Shown piece after piece: positions 38,560 through 52,040 of a stretch of 64,000 bases of DNA. Position 1 is the first letter of the stretch; each line of letters opens with the position of its first letter. Both the position numbers and the translations under genes were made by a program. The notes beneath the pieces were generated by a model. The model had not been told where the DNA came from. It did no database searches and saw only the letters and a list, made by a program, of their open reading frames with translations. The DNA comes from an uncultured Bdellovibrionales bacterium (GTDB lineage Bacteria > Patescibacteriota > Minisyncoccia > Moranbacterales > GWC2-37-73): NCBI GenBank assembly GCA_964500125.1, contig CAZCMV010000004.1, forward strand, positions 7,010 to 71,009, in the 5' to 3' direction.

Positions 38560-39870
38560 TTATGATGAATATTTTAACAACATTATCATTTCAACTTCCC
38601 TAGCCAGTCTCTCGGCAGTATTTTTATAAAGCCCGATTCCGCCTAAATTCATACTGGCATCTAGACGTTGAACCAAGCCAAAACGATCTATTTTATTATT
38701 CACACGTAATTGTAAAAATATATGCAGTCTTTTGATTTGTTCCTCGTTCAGCTTCAAATCAAACATTTTTTTCAAGTGATCAATTAAAATAGCTATGGAT
38801 TCCGGATCATTTTTGCCTATATTTTCAGCTTGTTTTAATATACCCTCGACTCTTGCCGTAAAAGACTTGGCTCGTTTCTTGTTAAAGCCAGCACCGCCAT
38901 CATTATAGTCGTCATCCAGCCTGTTTTCAAAAATCTCTAAGTTTATATTTTTAAACAGAAGTTCCTTAAGTAAAGCTTCCGCTACTGAAACTTGTTCTTC
39001 ATTGAGTTCAGATAGAACATGAGACAACAATTGTTTTGCTTTAAAGGGAACAAGCAAAACTCCTATTTGTTGCAAAGAAAGATTCTTGAAAGTTCTTGAA
39101 AGGATACGCAAATCCTCGGAAACTTCTGCGGGAGTGTTGAGTATCTCTTTTTTTACTTCATTGACAGGCCTTTTTTCCCTTCTAATCTCTTCAGACACAA
39201 TCTTACCATCCCGCATATGAATAACACGATCTGCATAGAAAAGATGCTCAGGATTATGTGTAACCATGATCACCGTTTTTTTATCGACCGTATTAAGTTC
39301 CTGCAAAATTTCCAAAACGTTTTGTGCCGACTCACTATCCAAATTACCAACCGGCTCATCCGCCAAAATTATCTGCGGATTATTTACCAAAGAACGAGCA
39401 ATTGCCACCCGCTGTTTTTGTCCGCCAGAAAGCTGACTGGGAAATTTGTCTGCTTGTTCAGCAATTCCAAAACGATGCAAAAGTTTCATTGCTTCAATTT
39501 TTCGTTGTTTCAAATCTTCACCACTAAAAACTTTTGGCAAACAAACATTATCCCAAACAGTAAGGGTTGGTATGAGATAAAAAGCTTGAAAAATCATGCC
39601 AATTCCAGATTGATGAAATTCCACCGCCTCCCTTTTAGTCATTTTTGCCAAATTTTTTCCATTAACAACAACTTCACCATATGTTGGCGCCTGAAGTCCG
39701 GAAATACCATAAAGCAGGGTAGATTTGCCGCAACCGGAAGGACCGAAAATAATAACATATTCTTCAGGAAAAATCTTCACGCTTGCGCCATCAAGTGATC
39801 GTACTTCATTAGATTTTCCCTGATTATATATAACACGAAGTTGCTCTACAATTATGTTCGGTTCAGTCAT
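38560..39870 (-). CDS. ABC transporter ATP-binding protein (MacB/FtsE-like) with about 200-aa C-terminal extension of unknown function
   Basis: GPSGCGKST Walker A. LSGGQKQRVAIARSL signature. ILADEPVGNLD Walker B. Extra C-terminal domain from aa 230 to 436. Confidence 0.85.
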   Translation of the reverse strand: MTEPNIIVEQLRVIYNQGKSNEVRSLDGASVKIFPEEYVIIFGPSGCGKSTLLYGISGLQAPTYGEVVVNGKNLAKMTKREAVEFHQSGIGMIFQAFYLIPTLTVWDNVCLPKVFSGEDLKQRKIEAMKLLHRFGIAEQADKFPSQLSGGQKQRVAIARSLVNNPQIILADEPVGNLDSESAQNVLEILQELNTVDKKTVIMVTHNPEHLFYADRVIHMRDGKIVSEEIRREKRPVNEVKKEILNTPAEVSEDLRILSRTFKNLSLQQIGVLLVPFKAKQLLSHVLSELNEEQVSVAEALLKELLFKNINLEIFENRLDDDYNDGGAGFNKKRAKSFTARVEGILKQAENIGKNDPESIAILIDHLKKMFDLKLNEEQIKRLHIFLQLRVNNKIDRFGLVQRLDASMNLGGIGLYKNTAERLAREVEMIMLLKYSS

Positions 39871-39931
39871 TTTTTGTATACATATTTATGTTACTTTGTG
39901 CAAGCATTATATCACAAAAAACTACTTTAGA

Positions 39932-42900
39932 CTATTTATTAACCCACTTAAAAATATCAAAGAAATTGTTAATAATTATTTGAACAATATTCTCTTTGGT
40001 TTTTGGTGTAAGTAAGGCATAATCAGAGGAAATAGCCACGTTATCTGAAGCATCCGTCGATTTTGCCCTGAAATAATATACTGATCCTTGGTTAAAAGAA
40101 GTAAGCACAACTACATGTTGTTGCGAAAGCACTTCGGAAAAAACTAATTCCTTATCTTCACCATTTTTTCCGTCACGATATATAATTGCACTTGTTGCTG
40201 GTTCATCAGTTTTCCAGCTTACAATTGATTGAACCTTCTCGTTTTGAGCCAATGCGGACTCTGTTTTTACCTGGTCGATTATTGGCGCACTCGTATCCTT
40301 TCCGGTAACAAATGTCTTCTCTTCCGAAACAGTCTCTAGGCCATTTTCATCGCGAGCTGTAACAGTGTAGACATAAGTCAAGCCAGATTCCAGATCATTA
40401 AGTTCTATTTGTTGTTTTTTTGCAAGATTAGGATTGCCTTTGCTTTGGGCTTCTTTTTCTTTCTTTGAATCTTGGTAATTTACTGTAGCAACAATCGGAA
40501 CATCTGATGAGAATGTTATAGTTGCCGAATGTTCAGAAACATGCACGGCCTGCAAATCGTTTATTTTTGGCGGCGATTTCGGTTCAAAAGTTGAATCAGC
40601 AGAAGTATAAATATTGCCATCAGAATCGGTTCCCTTGATTCGGAAATGATATATGGACCCACCCTTAAGCCCTGACAACTCCACACGATGATCTTTGGCT
40701 AGAGAACTTTGTTCTATTTCTGAACCATATTTTGTAGAAATTCCATATTCCAAATATGTATCAGTTGGCATTTGTGTAAGCCACACCACGGTAGCCCTGC
40801 CAATCTCTTTTGATTCCAAAACTATTGAAGATATTATTGAAGTTCCATCAGTTGTAAAAGAATTTTGTGAAGATTTGCCAATGTTGCCTTGAGCATCCAG
40901 GGACATGGCTTCGAAATAATATTTGGTTCCAGGCGCTAACCTATCCAAGGAAACCTCATGATTTTGGGTATATTTTGCAATATCCGAATTGGTATCATCA
41001 TCACCTATCATCTTTCCATAAATGGAACTCGTGCCAAAACGAACCATGCTGTTCGCATTTTCATTGGTATCCCAAGAAATCACCACGTTTTCACTTGATA
41101 TTGATTTTACGGAAACATTACTGATTGATGGTGCTACACGGTCCACATTTTCTCCGCTCTCAACCTCACTTTCTCCTATTTGTTTTTCCAATGTTGTGAA
41201 ACTTAATTCATCAGACATTAGTATAGTGTCTAAATTATCCAAGCAAGTAATGCGATAATGGTATTGTGTTTTATATATTAAACCTGAAAGATGAATTGAA
41301 TGATTGGAATTGAATGATGCTTCACCGACAGGCACTTCATTATATTGACCTAATTGTGTGCCATATTCAATAAAACATTGGGCTCTTTGGTCTGTAGAGA
41401 AATTAATAACTGCCTTTGTGTCAGTTAGGACCGCAGGAGGATTGGAAATATTACCAATATCTCCAAGTGGATCATGATTAAGTTCCGGATCGGATAAAGT
41501 TGTAAATACTTGTTCCTCTGTTTCCGAACTATTGCCATATTCATCAATCGAAACAGCCTTAAAATAATATTTCTGGCCGCCTACAAGTCCGGAAAGTGAA
41601 ACTACGTGTACATCTGAATTTATTTGGTCATTATAGTTATTAAGCAAATCGTGATCAATGCCATAATTTACCCTGGTAGAAGTACGCTTGTCTGTTTTCC
41701 ATGATATCACAGCATTATTGTCTGTTATGCTAAGTACTTCCAAATCGAAAATTTCCGGATCGGAAGTATCTGCGATAGTTGTTAATGTTTGATCAGCAGA
41801 ATAGGAGATATTATTCAGATTGTCTGTTGAACTTATTTGATAATGATAGGTTGTTTCCGGCTTCAATTCATCAAGATCAACGGAATGAATATTTATTGAT
41901 TCGTTGCGATTACCGGCAATCATTGAATAATCAACTGTTTCACCATAATTAACCAGCGAGTTCGAATTCTCGTCTGTCATCCAAGTTATTTTTGCACTGT
42001 CTTTGGTTATATTCGTTGATGATATAGCGCTTATTTCCGGTCCAAAACTATCTGGCAAGTTGATAGTTGTGAAAGTATAATCACCTGAAACATTTTCCAC
42101 TTCATCTGTCGAACGCACACGAAAATGATAGGTCGTACCAGGCAACAATCCCTCTAGGGTGACAGAATGCGCTGTATTATCATCCAATTTACCAAATACT
42201 GCTCCATAATCAGTGTTTAAACCGTATTCAACAAAAGACGTTGCTGCTAGGTCCGTATTCCAAGAAACAGTCGTGCGATGTTCATCAAGATTCAATGAGG
42301 ATAACGAACTGATCACCGGCGGCACTGGTCCAGGAGCTGTTGCTCTCTGATAATATGAACCTGAATTATTATCCGTCGCCTTATTTCCAGAAGCATCGGC
42401 AGAAGAAATTCTCAACAAATACACAGTGCCCGGAGTAAGCCCGGAAAGGGTCACACTATGGAATGTTGATAGCACGGAAAACCCTTGCTCTGAAAAAGTA
42501 TTTCCACCATCGCTGGAATATCCAACATATGAATTGGAAGCTTCATCAGTATTCCAAGTAACCGTTACTGAATCCCTTGTTGGCGTACCAATGTTTATAT
42601 TTGCAATTATTGGCGCCGTGCTATCCGCAGGATTGACCGTTGTTGTAAATGTATTATCATCGGAAACAGCTTCATTATATAATCCGTCGGAAGATCTCAC
42701 TCTGAAATGATATGCCTGTTCCGAGGACAAGTCGTATGGCAACTGAACCGTATGATTTTTTACAGCATTATTATCACCATAAATTCTTCCATAGGAAACT
42801 GTCTGACCATATTCTACATAAGAAGTGGCGTCTTCGTCTGTTGTCCAAGTTATTGTCGCACTATTAAATGAGGGAGTTGAAGATAAATTGCTAATTTGCG

Positions 42901-45900
42901 GAGGAGTCACATCTTCACTTGTCAAAGTAACGAACTGATCCTGAGCCGATATTGCTTCATTATTAGCAGCATCTTTGGAGTGAATTTTGAAATAATAGGT
43001 TACACCCTGTTCAAGGGAAGGGACTATAATACTATGGTTTGTAACCATGTTTCCGTCGCCATATTGGGCGCCAGTTGAAAAACCATTTGTTTTTGAATAT
43101 TCAATAAATGAAGTCGCTGCTTCATCTGTATTCCAAGTTATTGTTGCAGTTGAAGATGTAGTTCCAGCCACAACAATGTCTGATATTGAAGGGGCTGTGT
43201 TGTCACCAGCAGAAGTAATGAAAGTATATCCGTTGCCTCCATTAGTATCCACGGCTAAAGCATTGGATGCATTCGCGGACTTTGCCTGAAAATAATATTG
43301 CGTATTTGGAGTGAGTCCGTTCAAAACAACACTATGAGAAGTTACCATTGTACCTGAGCCAATTTCATTTTCAAAGTGTGCCGGTTGCACAGAAAACCCA
43401 ACAATAGAAGAAGATAGCACGTCTGTTGTCCAATTTATCTGCACACTGTTTGCTGTTATATTATCAATGTTTACATCGGAAATTACAGGGGATTGTTCAC
43501 CCGACCCTCCACCACCTTCCCCAGCATCCTTTATTCCATTAGCCACTCCACTGACCACAGAAGAAGAATATGAAACATTATTTTCAGTATCTACAGACAC
43601 CACACGATAATAATAATTAACATCACCCTCGACAGAATTATCTCCATAATAATTAGTAAGCCTATTATTTATTGTTTCGATATGAGTCCAGTCTGTCTGA
43701 TTTTCAGAACGATAAATATGATAAGCTTCAAAACCAGCAACGGGAGCAATGATAGTTTTCCAAGCAATAAATAAACGAAATTCACTCAGGCCGTCATACA
43801 AATTTGAAGTATCTTGAATCATCATCGCACCTGGCTGTTCCGGAGTGGTTGCTGAAATAATTTCAGAAAAATTATTAAAACCATCCTTAAACTGAACATA
43901 GACCACGTCAGGATTTTCAGCTAGAGCAATGTTTTTAGTAGCAGCATAATCTTCCCATGAAGATCCAGCCAGATCACTATTAAGTGAAACTTTCATTTGC
44001 AAAGAACTGTCATCTGTTAACATTAAATGTGCCACAGCTGGAATACTTGAAGCATCCACAGTTGCAGGAATAACTCCCAGTATTGGATCTTTTGTGTCCA
44101 CAATGGGAACAATAATATTCCCATAGGTAATATTATTAGCACCTTCTCCATCGTTTACCTTGACCCTTATTTTTAGGTCAGTCAGATATTGATTTGCATA
44201 ATCTTGTTTTATATTCCATTTTAATTGATGTTCTGTCCAATTAACTTCGTCCACCGAAACGCCAGCACCAACATCGCCAGTTAGGCTAATAGCATCCACC
44301 CAAGTTTCACTTCCTTGAGTTGAACAATTAGACTTACAATATTGTAAGCTAACATTAACATTTTCTTGCGTAGCACCTGTTGATGTATCAGCATCACGTA
44401 CTTCATAATCAACAGCAATCAAACCATCCGAACCTTGTGAAGCTGAAATATTTTGGATTTCAGGAGAAGCATTAACAACATACATCACATCCACTGATTC
44501 CAAAATAGGCGTATAGGCGGTATTTCTACTTGATAAATTAATTTCATATTGTATCCATTGGTCATTATTACTATCCATTACCAAAGCAGGCATTGCTTCA
44601 TTTCCATTATTATCTGTAAAGTACGATGTCGAAGTTCCATCCGGTCCAATCCAATCAGTCCAGTTTGTCCCATCAGAAGAGGTTCTGATGCGGAAAAGAA
44701 TTTCCGTTTCCGCAGATAAATTTTCCACCCATTGCAATTTTGCCAATACATTATTCAAATCTCCAGTATTATAAGCGGAGGATCGCAACCTGGAATAATC
44801 CTTTATGTAATCAACGGTTATCCTATCCAAAAAAGGACTCGAATCACCATCGGAAGAATAAAAACTTGCAGCAAAATCAAGCGTATCAGTTTCAACAGTG
44901 AATCCTCCAGAAGCATTCCACTGCGAAAAACCAAGGTTTTGGATGATATCCCCCTCCATTCCAACTGTCGCAACATTACTTAGTTCAGTTGCTATCCAGG
45001 ATGATCCATCCCAATATTTCCATGTATTTCTATTATCAAAAGAAACCAAATATCTTATTGAGGTTAAATCTGGAATATCTTGATTTAACGACACCTTTTC
45101 TATGCCATTCCATTGCGTTGTAGACAATTGAGAAGTAGCATTGGTTGTTACGTAAAAATGCTGATCAGTAGTATATGCAACTGTCTGCTTGTTATCTGAA
45201 ATTGGCACAATATTGCCTGAAGCATCAGTTATTCTTACATAATCGATTCCCAGCTGTCCCATACCAGAAGCTTTAGCATCTTCAAACTCCAAATACACGG
45301 CCTGTCCTCTAGCCGAGCTGATATCATACGTCTCATCATACATGTTATTGGTTGTGTAACCGCCATACATGTTTGTCTCCCAAACAACAGAATTATCAGA
45401 TGCTTTTCTTAATCGCGACCATGTCTTCTCGTTCCCATTTGCCCTTCTCCTTATTTTTAGATAACTGGCGTTTTGCGGAATATCCAATATCGAAGAATAC
45501 TTCAGCACGCCCACAGGATTGTCACCTATCCAAGCGCAGTATGTGCCTTCAGTATTCCCCTCGCAACCAGATATCCCCCAAGAAGCTGAGGCTGTCCATT
45601 CCTGCATAGTGCCAAGCTCAAAATTATAGTTGACTAAATTTGAATAAGTACCTGATAATTTAACGCCACTATTTAAAAAATCCGTACCTGCTGCCTCATT
45701 TTCCTGAATAAAATCACTTTCATTAGTAAAATAAATATTTTCCGTTCCTACTATGTCATAAAAATAATAATTGAAAGACATATCATTCAGTGTTGGTGAA
45801 ATAGCATTATCCGAAGTAGATAAATTAGCTCGATATTGAACATATCTATTGCCATTCAGGGAAGGTATGCCTCCTCCATTTACAATTCCCGTTTGCCAAG

Positions 45901-47377
45901 AAGTCCAGCTTTCATCCGGAACCATAGTATTTCCTGCACGCACATCGACAGTAAGTGTTGTATTCACCGGCGTAGTTGCGTTAAATACAAGCGTAGAGAA
46001 ACTAGATTTTTGGCCAACGTCAATAATGTTTGACGTAAAAGATCCGGAAGAAAAATAACTAGATACGCTGGTCCCAAAAGAAATTTCTGGTTCAGATGAA
46101 GAAGTTTTTCTTAACAATATTTTTCCCGGATAATTTAAGGTTGCATAGCCACGACTATATAAATCAGCTATTTCATCTGGGGATAAATTTCTGGAAAATA
46201 TCATAACCTCATCAATTTGACCATTGAATGGATGTGGATTGCCACCAATTTCAAATGAACTTGTATTAAGAACATTTTTCAAGGCACCCGAAGAAACAGC
46301 TACGCCATCAATATACAAAGTGCCAGTCGTATCATACTTAACAGCAGCATAATGATGCCATTGGCCGTCTTTAACAGACGTTGATCCGCAAACATTAGAA
46401 TACCCTCCTGAATATGTCATTATGCAAGGAAAACCTTCGTTGTTTATATTGAAACGAATTTCATAGTTTCCAGTACTATCTCTCTGCGATACAATTTCTT
46501 CATAATAATCAGTTGTTTTAAACCAACCAGAAACGGTATAATTAACATTTCCCTCCAATTCGTTTATTTTTGTTGCAAATGTCACTGGGGAATAATTGAA
46601 ACTACGAGCATTTCCATATTTTCCGGGCACAATTGATGAGCTTGTTGTGCCATTATAATTATTACCAGACATGTCATTTACCGCGGTACCGCTTGCTTCA
46701 TCCATAGAAAAAATAGCGCGTGCATTGGAAATTTCCCTAATAAAAACATCATTTATGTTACTTTGACTCTCCAGAGATAAATTTCCATAGTTAAAATATA
46801 CTGTTGTGCCACCGACAGGAATCAATGGCAATTTAATCCAAATCTTTGTTGCTACCGAATTAATCCCAGATTCTATCCAATAAGGCAAAGGAGAAATACC
46901 ATCAGTATCATAAAACCTGATGTCTCCGCCGTCACTACGCATGTTTCCCTGAGAAATAAGCTCTTGGGTATTAATATTCAGACTTACCTGAAAATCAGTC
47001 AAGTCCGCACCGGAAGCATTGGAGATTAAAACAGGCAAACGATATTCTTGGGAATCCAAAACCAATCCAGCATCAATACCTTCTCCAAAAATTATTGCGT
47101 TAGAATTAGTCCCGGAATTAAAATCAGTATCGCTCGTCTGCGTTTTCAACCCAAATGATTCTTGCAATTTTATTTCCGAACCAGCACTAACAATTTCATC
47201 TTTACTTTGATATTCATTCCAATCGCTTTGATTTCCAGGATGTTGAGCATTATTAGTGGTTCCCCCGCCAACCCATGATGACTGAGTGAATATATAAGTT
47301 GCACCTTGAATGCCATTGCTTCGAAATAACAAAATCAACATTAACAAAAAACTAACCAAAAAAACCGTCGCTTTCAA
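39932..47377 (-). CDS. Giant (2481-aa) secreted/surface protein: signal peptide, LamG/concanavalin-like domain, beta-rich region, about 15 tandem FN3-like repeats, hydrophobic C-terminus
   Basis: N-terminal signal MKATVFLVSFLLMLILLF. LamG-like block (...NYNGTT...DEVMIFSRNLSPDEIADLY). Repeated W-TDE-ATS-VEYG...H-V-L-GL-P-T-YHFRV-S-D units. Confidence 0.8.
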   Translation of the reverse strand: MKATVFLVSFLLMLILLFRSNGIQGATYIFTQSSWVGGGTTNNAQHPGNQSDWNEYQSKDEIVSAGSEIKLQESFGLKTQTSDTDFNSGTNSNAIIFGEGIDAGLVLDSQEYRLPVLISNASGADLTDFQVSLNINTQELISQGNMRSDGGDIRFYDTDGISPLPYWIESGINSVATKIWIKLPLIPVGGTTVYFNYGNLSLESQSNINDVFIREISNARAIFSMDEASGTAVNDMSGNNYNGTTSSSIVPGKYGNARSFNYSPVTFATKINELEGNVNYTVSGWFKTTDYYEEIVSQRDSTGNYEIRFNINNEGFPCIMTYSGGYSNVCGSTSVKDGQWHHYAAVKYDTTGTLYIDGVAVSSGALKNVLNTSSFEIGGNPHPFNGQIDEVMIFSRNLSPDEIADLYSRGYATLNYPGKILLRKTSSSEPEISFGTSVSSYFSSGSFTSNIIDVGQKSSFSTLVFNATTPVNTTLTVDVRAGNTMVPDESWTSWQTGIVNGGGIPSLNGNRYVQYRANLSTSDNAISPTLNDMSFNYYFYDIVGTENIYFTNESDFIQENEAAGTDFLNSGVKLSGTYSNLVNYNFELGTMQEWTASASWGISGCEGNTEGTYCAWIGDNPVGVLKYSSILDIPQNASYLKIRRRANGNEKTWSRLRKASDNSVVWETNMYGGYTTNNMYDETYDISSARGQAVYLEFEDAKASGMGQLGIDYVRITDASGNIVPISDNKQTVAYTTDQHFYVTTNATSQLSTTQWNGIEKVSLNQDIPDLTSIRYLVSFDNRNTWKYWDGSSWIATELSNVATVGMEGDIIQNLGFSQWNASGGFTVETDTLDFAASFYSSDGDSSPFLDRITVDYIKDYSRLRSSAYNTGDLNNVLAKLQWVENLSAETEILFRIRTSSDGTNWTDWIGPDGTSTSYFTDNNGNEAMPALVMDSNNDQWIQYEINLSSRNTAYTPILESVDVMYVVNASPEIQNISASQGSDGLIAVDYEVRDADTSTGATQENVNVSLQYCKSNCSTQGSETWVDAISLTGDVGAGVSVDEVNWTEHQLKWNIKQDYANQYLTDLKIRVKVNDGEGANNITYGNIIVPIVDTKDPILGVIPATVDASSIPAVAHLMLTDDSSLQMKVSLNSDLAGSSWEDYAATKNIALAENPDVVYVQFKDGFNNFSEIISATTPEQPGAMMIQDTSNLYDGLSEFRLFIAWKTIIAPVAGFEAYHIYRSENQTDWTHIETINNRLTNYYGDNSVEGDVNYYYRVVSVDTENNVSYSSSVVSGVANGIKDAGEGGGGSGEQSPVISDVNIDNITANSVQINWTTDVLSSSIVGFSVQPAHFENEIGSGTMVTSHSVVLNGLTPNTQYYFQAKSANASNALAVDTNGGNGYTFITSAGDNTAPSISDIVVAGTTSSTATITWNTDEAATSFIEYSKTNGFSTGAQYGDGNMVTNHSIIVPSLEQGVTYYFKIHSKDAANNEAISAQDQFVTLTSEDVTPPQISNLSSTPSFNSATITWTTDEDATSYVEYGQTVSYGRIYGDNNAVKNHTVQLPYDLSSEQAYHFRVRSSDGLYNEAVSDDNTFTTTVNPADSTAPIIANINIGTPTRDSVTVTWNTDEASNSYVGYSSDGGNTFSEQGFSVLSTFHSVTLSGLTPGTVYLLRISSADASGNKATDNNSGSYYQRATAPGPVPPVISSLSSLNLDEHRTTVSWNTDLAATSFVEYGLNTDYGAVFGKLDDNTAHSVTLEGLLPGTTYHFRVRSTDEVENVSGDYTFTTINLPDSFGPEISAISSTNITKDSAKITWMTDENSNSLVNYGETVDYSMIAGNRNESINIHSVDLDELKPETTYHYQISSTDNLNNISYSADQTLTTIADTSDPEIFDLEVLSITDNNAVISWKTDKRTSTRVNYGIDHDLLNNYNDQINSDVHVVSLSGLVGGQKYYFKAVSIDEYGNSSETEEQVFTTLSDPELNHDPLGDIGNISNPPAVLTDTKAVINFSTDQRAQCFIEYGTQLGQYNEVPVGEASFNSNHSIHLSGLIYKTQYHYRITCLDNLDTILMSDELSFTTLEKQIGESEVESGENVDRVAPSISNVSVKSISSENVVISWDTNENANSMVRFGTSSIYGKMIGDDDTNSDIAKYTQNHEVSLDRLAPGTKYYFEAMSLDAQGNIGKSSQNSFTTDGTSIISSIVLESKEIGRATVVWLTQMPTDTYLEYGISTKYGSEIEQSSLAKDHRVELSGLKGGSIYHFRIKGTDSDGNIYTSADSTFEPKSPPKINDLQAVHVSEHSATITFSSDVPIVATVNYQDSKKEKEAQSKGNPNLAKKQQIELNDLESGLTYVYTVTARDENGLETVSEEKTFVTGKDTSAPIIDQVKTESALAQNEKVQSIVSWKTDEPATSAIIYRDGKNGEDKELVFSEVLSQQHVVVLTSFNQGSVYYFRAKSTDASDNVAISSDYALLTPKTKENIVQIIINNFFDIFKWVNK

Positions 47378-47511
47378 AAGAGGACGATAAGAAAAAAATT
47401 TTTTAGAAAATATTTTGCACGCACAAAAATTACCATGTTATTTATATTTCTCGCCTTTCCGCAAAAGATTCAATAGGCGTTGATATGTATCTTTTTTGTT
47501 TATAGAAAAAT

Positions 47512-50614
<3,103 letters not shown>

Positions 50615-50738
50615 TTTTTTATTTTTTTGCTTTTTATCTACTTGATGTAATTATAACACATTGGTCATATATGTCCCATCAACACATAAGCACTTCTTGT
50701 CATTTTGTTCCATTTATCCTATTTTTCTTTGAACAACC

Positions 50739-51470
50739 TCACGCCAGCCACTGATAAAAGTCCTTAATAACTGATTCAAGCGACCGCAAATCTCTTTGCT
50801 CCATTTGCAGCTTTACCAAGGATTGTAAGGAATTTTTAGCTGAGATACGCAGTGCTTTGATTGCATTTTTGGAGATATGCATTGAGCCTATTGATTTTGG
50901 CACGCAACCGTTACAAATAATCCCGCCGCTTCTGGCAGAAAAATTGGCGTCACTTTCAGTTATTGCCTTGCCGCAATAAGCACAGCGCATACTTTCAATC
51001 GTATAACCCAAACCCATTGCCATGTGTAACAAAAATCCCGCGCTTACCAAACGCATGCTCACATTTTTCTTATCACTGTCTTTAATATTCGCAGAAATAA
51101 TATCAATTGTTTCCAGATATGAGTATATGATATTAAACAATTGTTCATCCACATGCTCCAAATCAATGAAGTGATTTACTGTATTTATGGAAGAAAAAAC
51201 CACATCGAGAGCTTCGCCGTCACGCTTTAAAAATGAAAAATTATTTTCCACAATTGAGCCGGTTATTTTCCCCGTGCCACGACTTCGCGCAATCGTCACA
51301 TCAGCCAAAGTGAAATTCTCCAAAAGTCCGGCAAGCTTGGCGCCATGCTTGCGCACGCTCTTGGCCAAAACTTGCATCTTGCCACGCTCGCGCGTATACA
51401 GCCAATATAGCCGGTCCATTTCTCCGACATCCTTCTTTCTCAAAACTATTGATGTATATGTTTGTTCCAT
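50739..51470 (-). CDS. recO: DNA repair protein RecO
   Basis: OB-fold N-terminus (TSIVLRKKDVGEMDRLYWLYTRERGK). C-terminal Zn motif CAYCGK...ICNGC. Confidence 0.8.
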   Translation of the reverse strand: MEQTYTSIVLRKKDVGEMDRLYWLYTRERGKMQVLAKSVRKHGAKLAGLLENFTLADVTIARSRGTGKITGSIVENNFSFLKRDGEALDVVFSSINTVNHFIDLEHVDEQLFNIIYSYLETIDIISANIKDSDKKNVSMRLVSAGFLLHMAMGLGYTIESMRCAYCGKAITESDANFSARSGGIICNGCVPKSIGSMHISKNAIKALRISAKNSLQSLVKLQMEQRDLRSLESVIKDFYQWLA

Positions 51471-51583
51471 AAATACATTATACCAAACTATTTCGCAAGG
51501 GTCCGATATTCATGATTCATCCATTTCAAAACAAAAGAAAAAAGGACACGCTATAATAACGCGGTCCTTATAGTTGAAGTAGA

Positions 51584-51766
51584 TCATAACAATAAGCCAA
51601 TCCCCTTGGCCAGTGGAATAATCATATCTTCCCAAACCAGCCATAAAATCCCGCGCCTGGGGTAACATTCGTCACCCTCGGCATTCCCTTGGTCAATGAT
51701 CTTCTGAAGGCCGTTGGCCTCCAGATTCCTCTGAGCTCTTTCAAGCTCAATAAATCCCATTATCAT
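51584..51766 (-). CDS. Small hypothetical protein (60 aa) in a GC-rich patch
   Basis: AAGGAG lies 7 nt upstream of the ATG. Terminator hairpin plus T-run downstream (51555-51583). Local GC about 48%. Confidence 0.4.
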   Translation of the reverse strand: MIMGFIELERAQRNLEANGLQKIIDQGNAEGDECYPRRGILWLVWEDMIIPLAKGIGLLL

Positions 51767-51797
51767 ATTTTCTCCTTTTCCGAGCTATCTAGTAGCT

Positions 51798-52016
51798 CTA
51801 TCTTTTTTTTGTCATTATTTCGCACAATTCGTGCAAGATAAACAAACAAGCTAAATAAACAAATAGACAAAAAACTACATCCTTTGCCCAAACATAAACT
51901 TGCCCGAGCCAGCCACAGAAATCTTCTGGATTAATCCAGTCATTTCTGCAACTGACAAATAAAGGATACAGAAAAAGAACTAAAACCATCATCTCCTTTT
52001 TTTGGGTTATTTTCAA
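51798..52016 (-). CDS. Small Cys-rich 2-TM membrane protein (72 aa), TTG start
   Basis: AAAAAGGAGGAAGG lies 8-9 nt upstream of TTG and overlaps the ileS stop, so it is likely co-transcribed with ileS. Confidence 0.4.
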   Translation of the reverse strand: MKITQKKEMMVLVLFLYPLFVSCRNDWINPEDFCGWLGQVYVWAKDVVFCLFVYLACLFILHELCEIMTKKR

Positions 52017-52040
52017 TGTACCTTCCTCCTTTTTATTTTT

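Noticed and set aside
40695-47210. Multiple 60-95-aa plus-strand ORFs inside the giant gene
   Set aside because: All lie within the continuous 2481-aa minus-strand reading frame, whose repeat structure and domain content are coherent. They are antisense artefacts.
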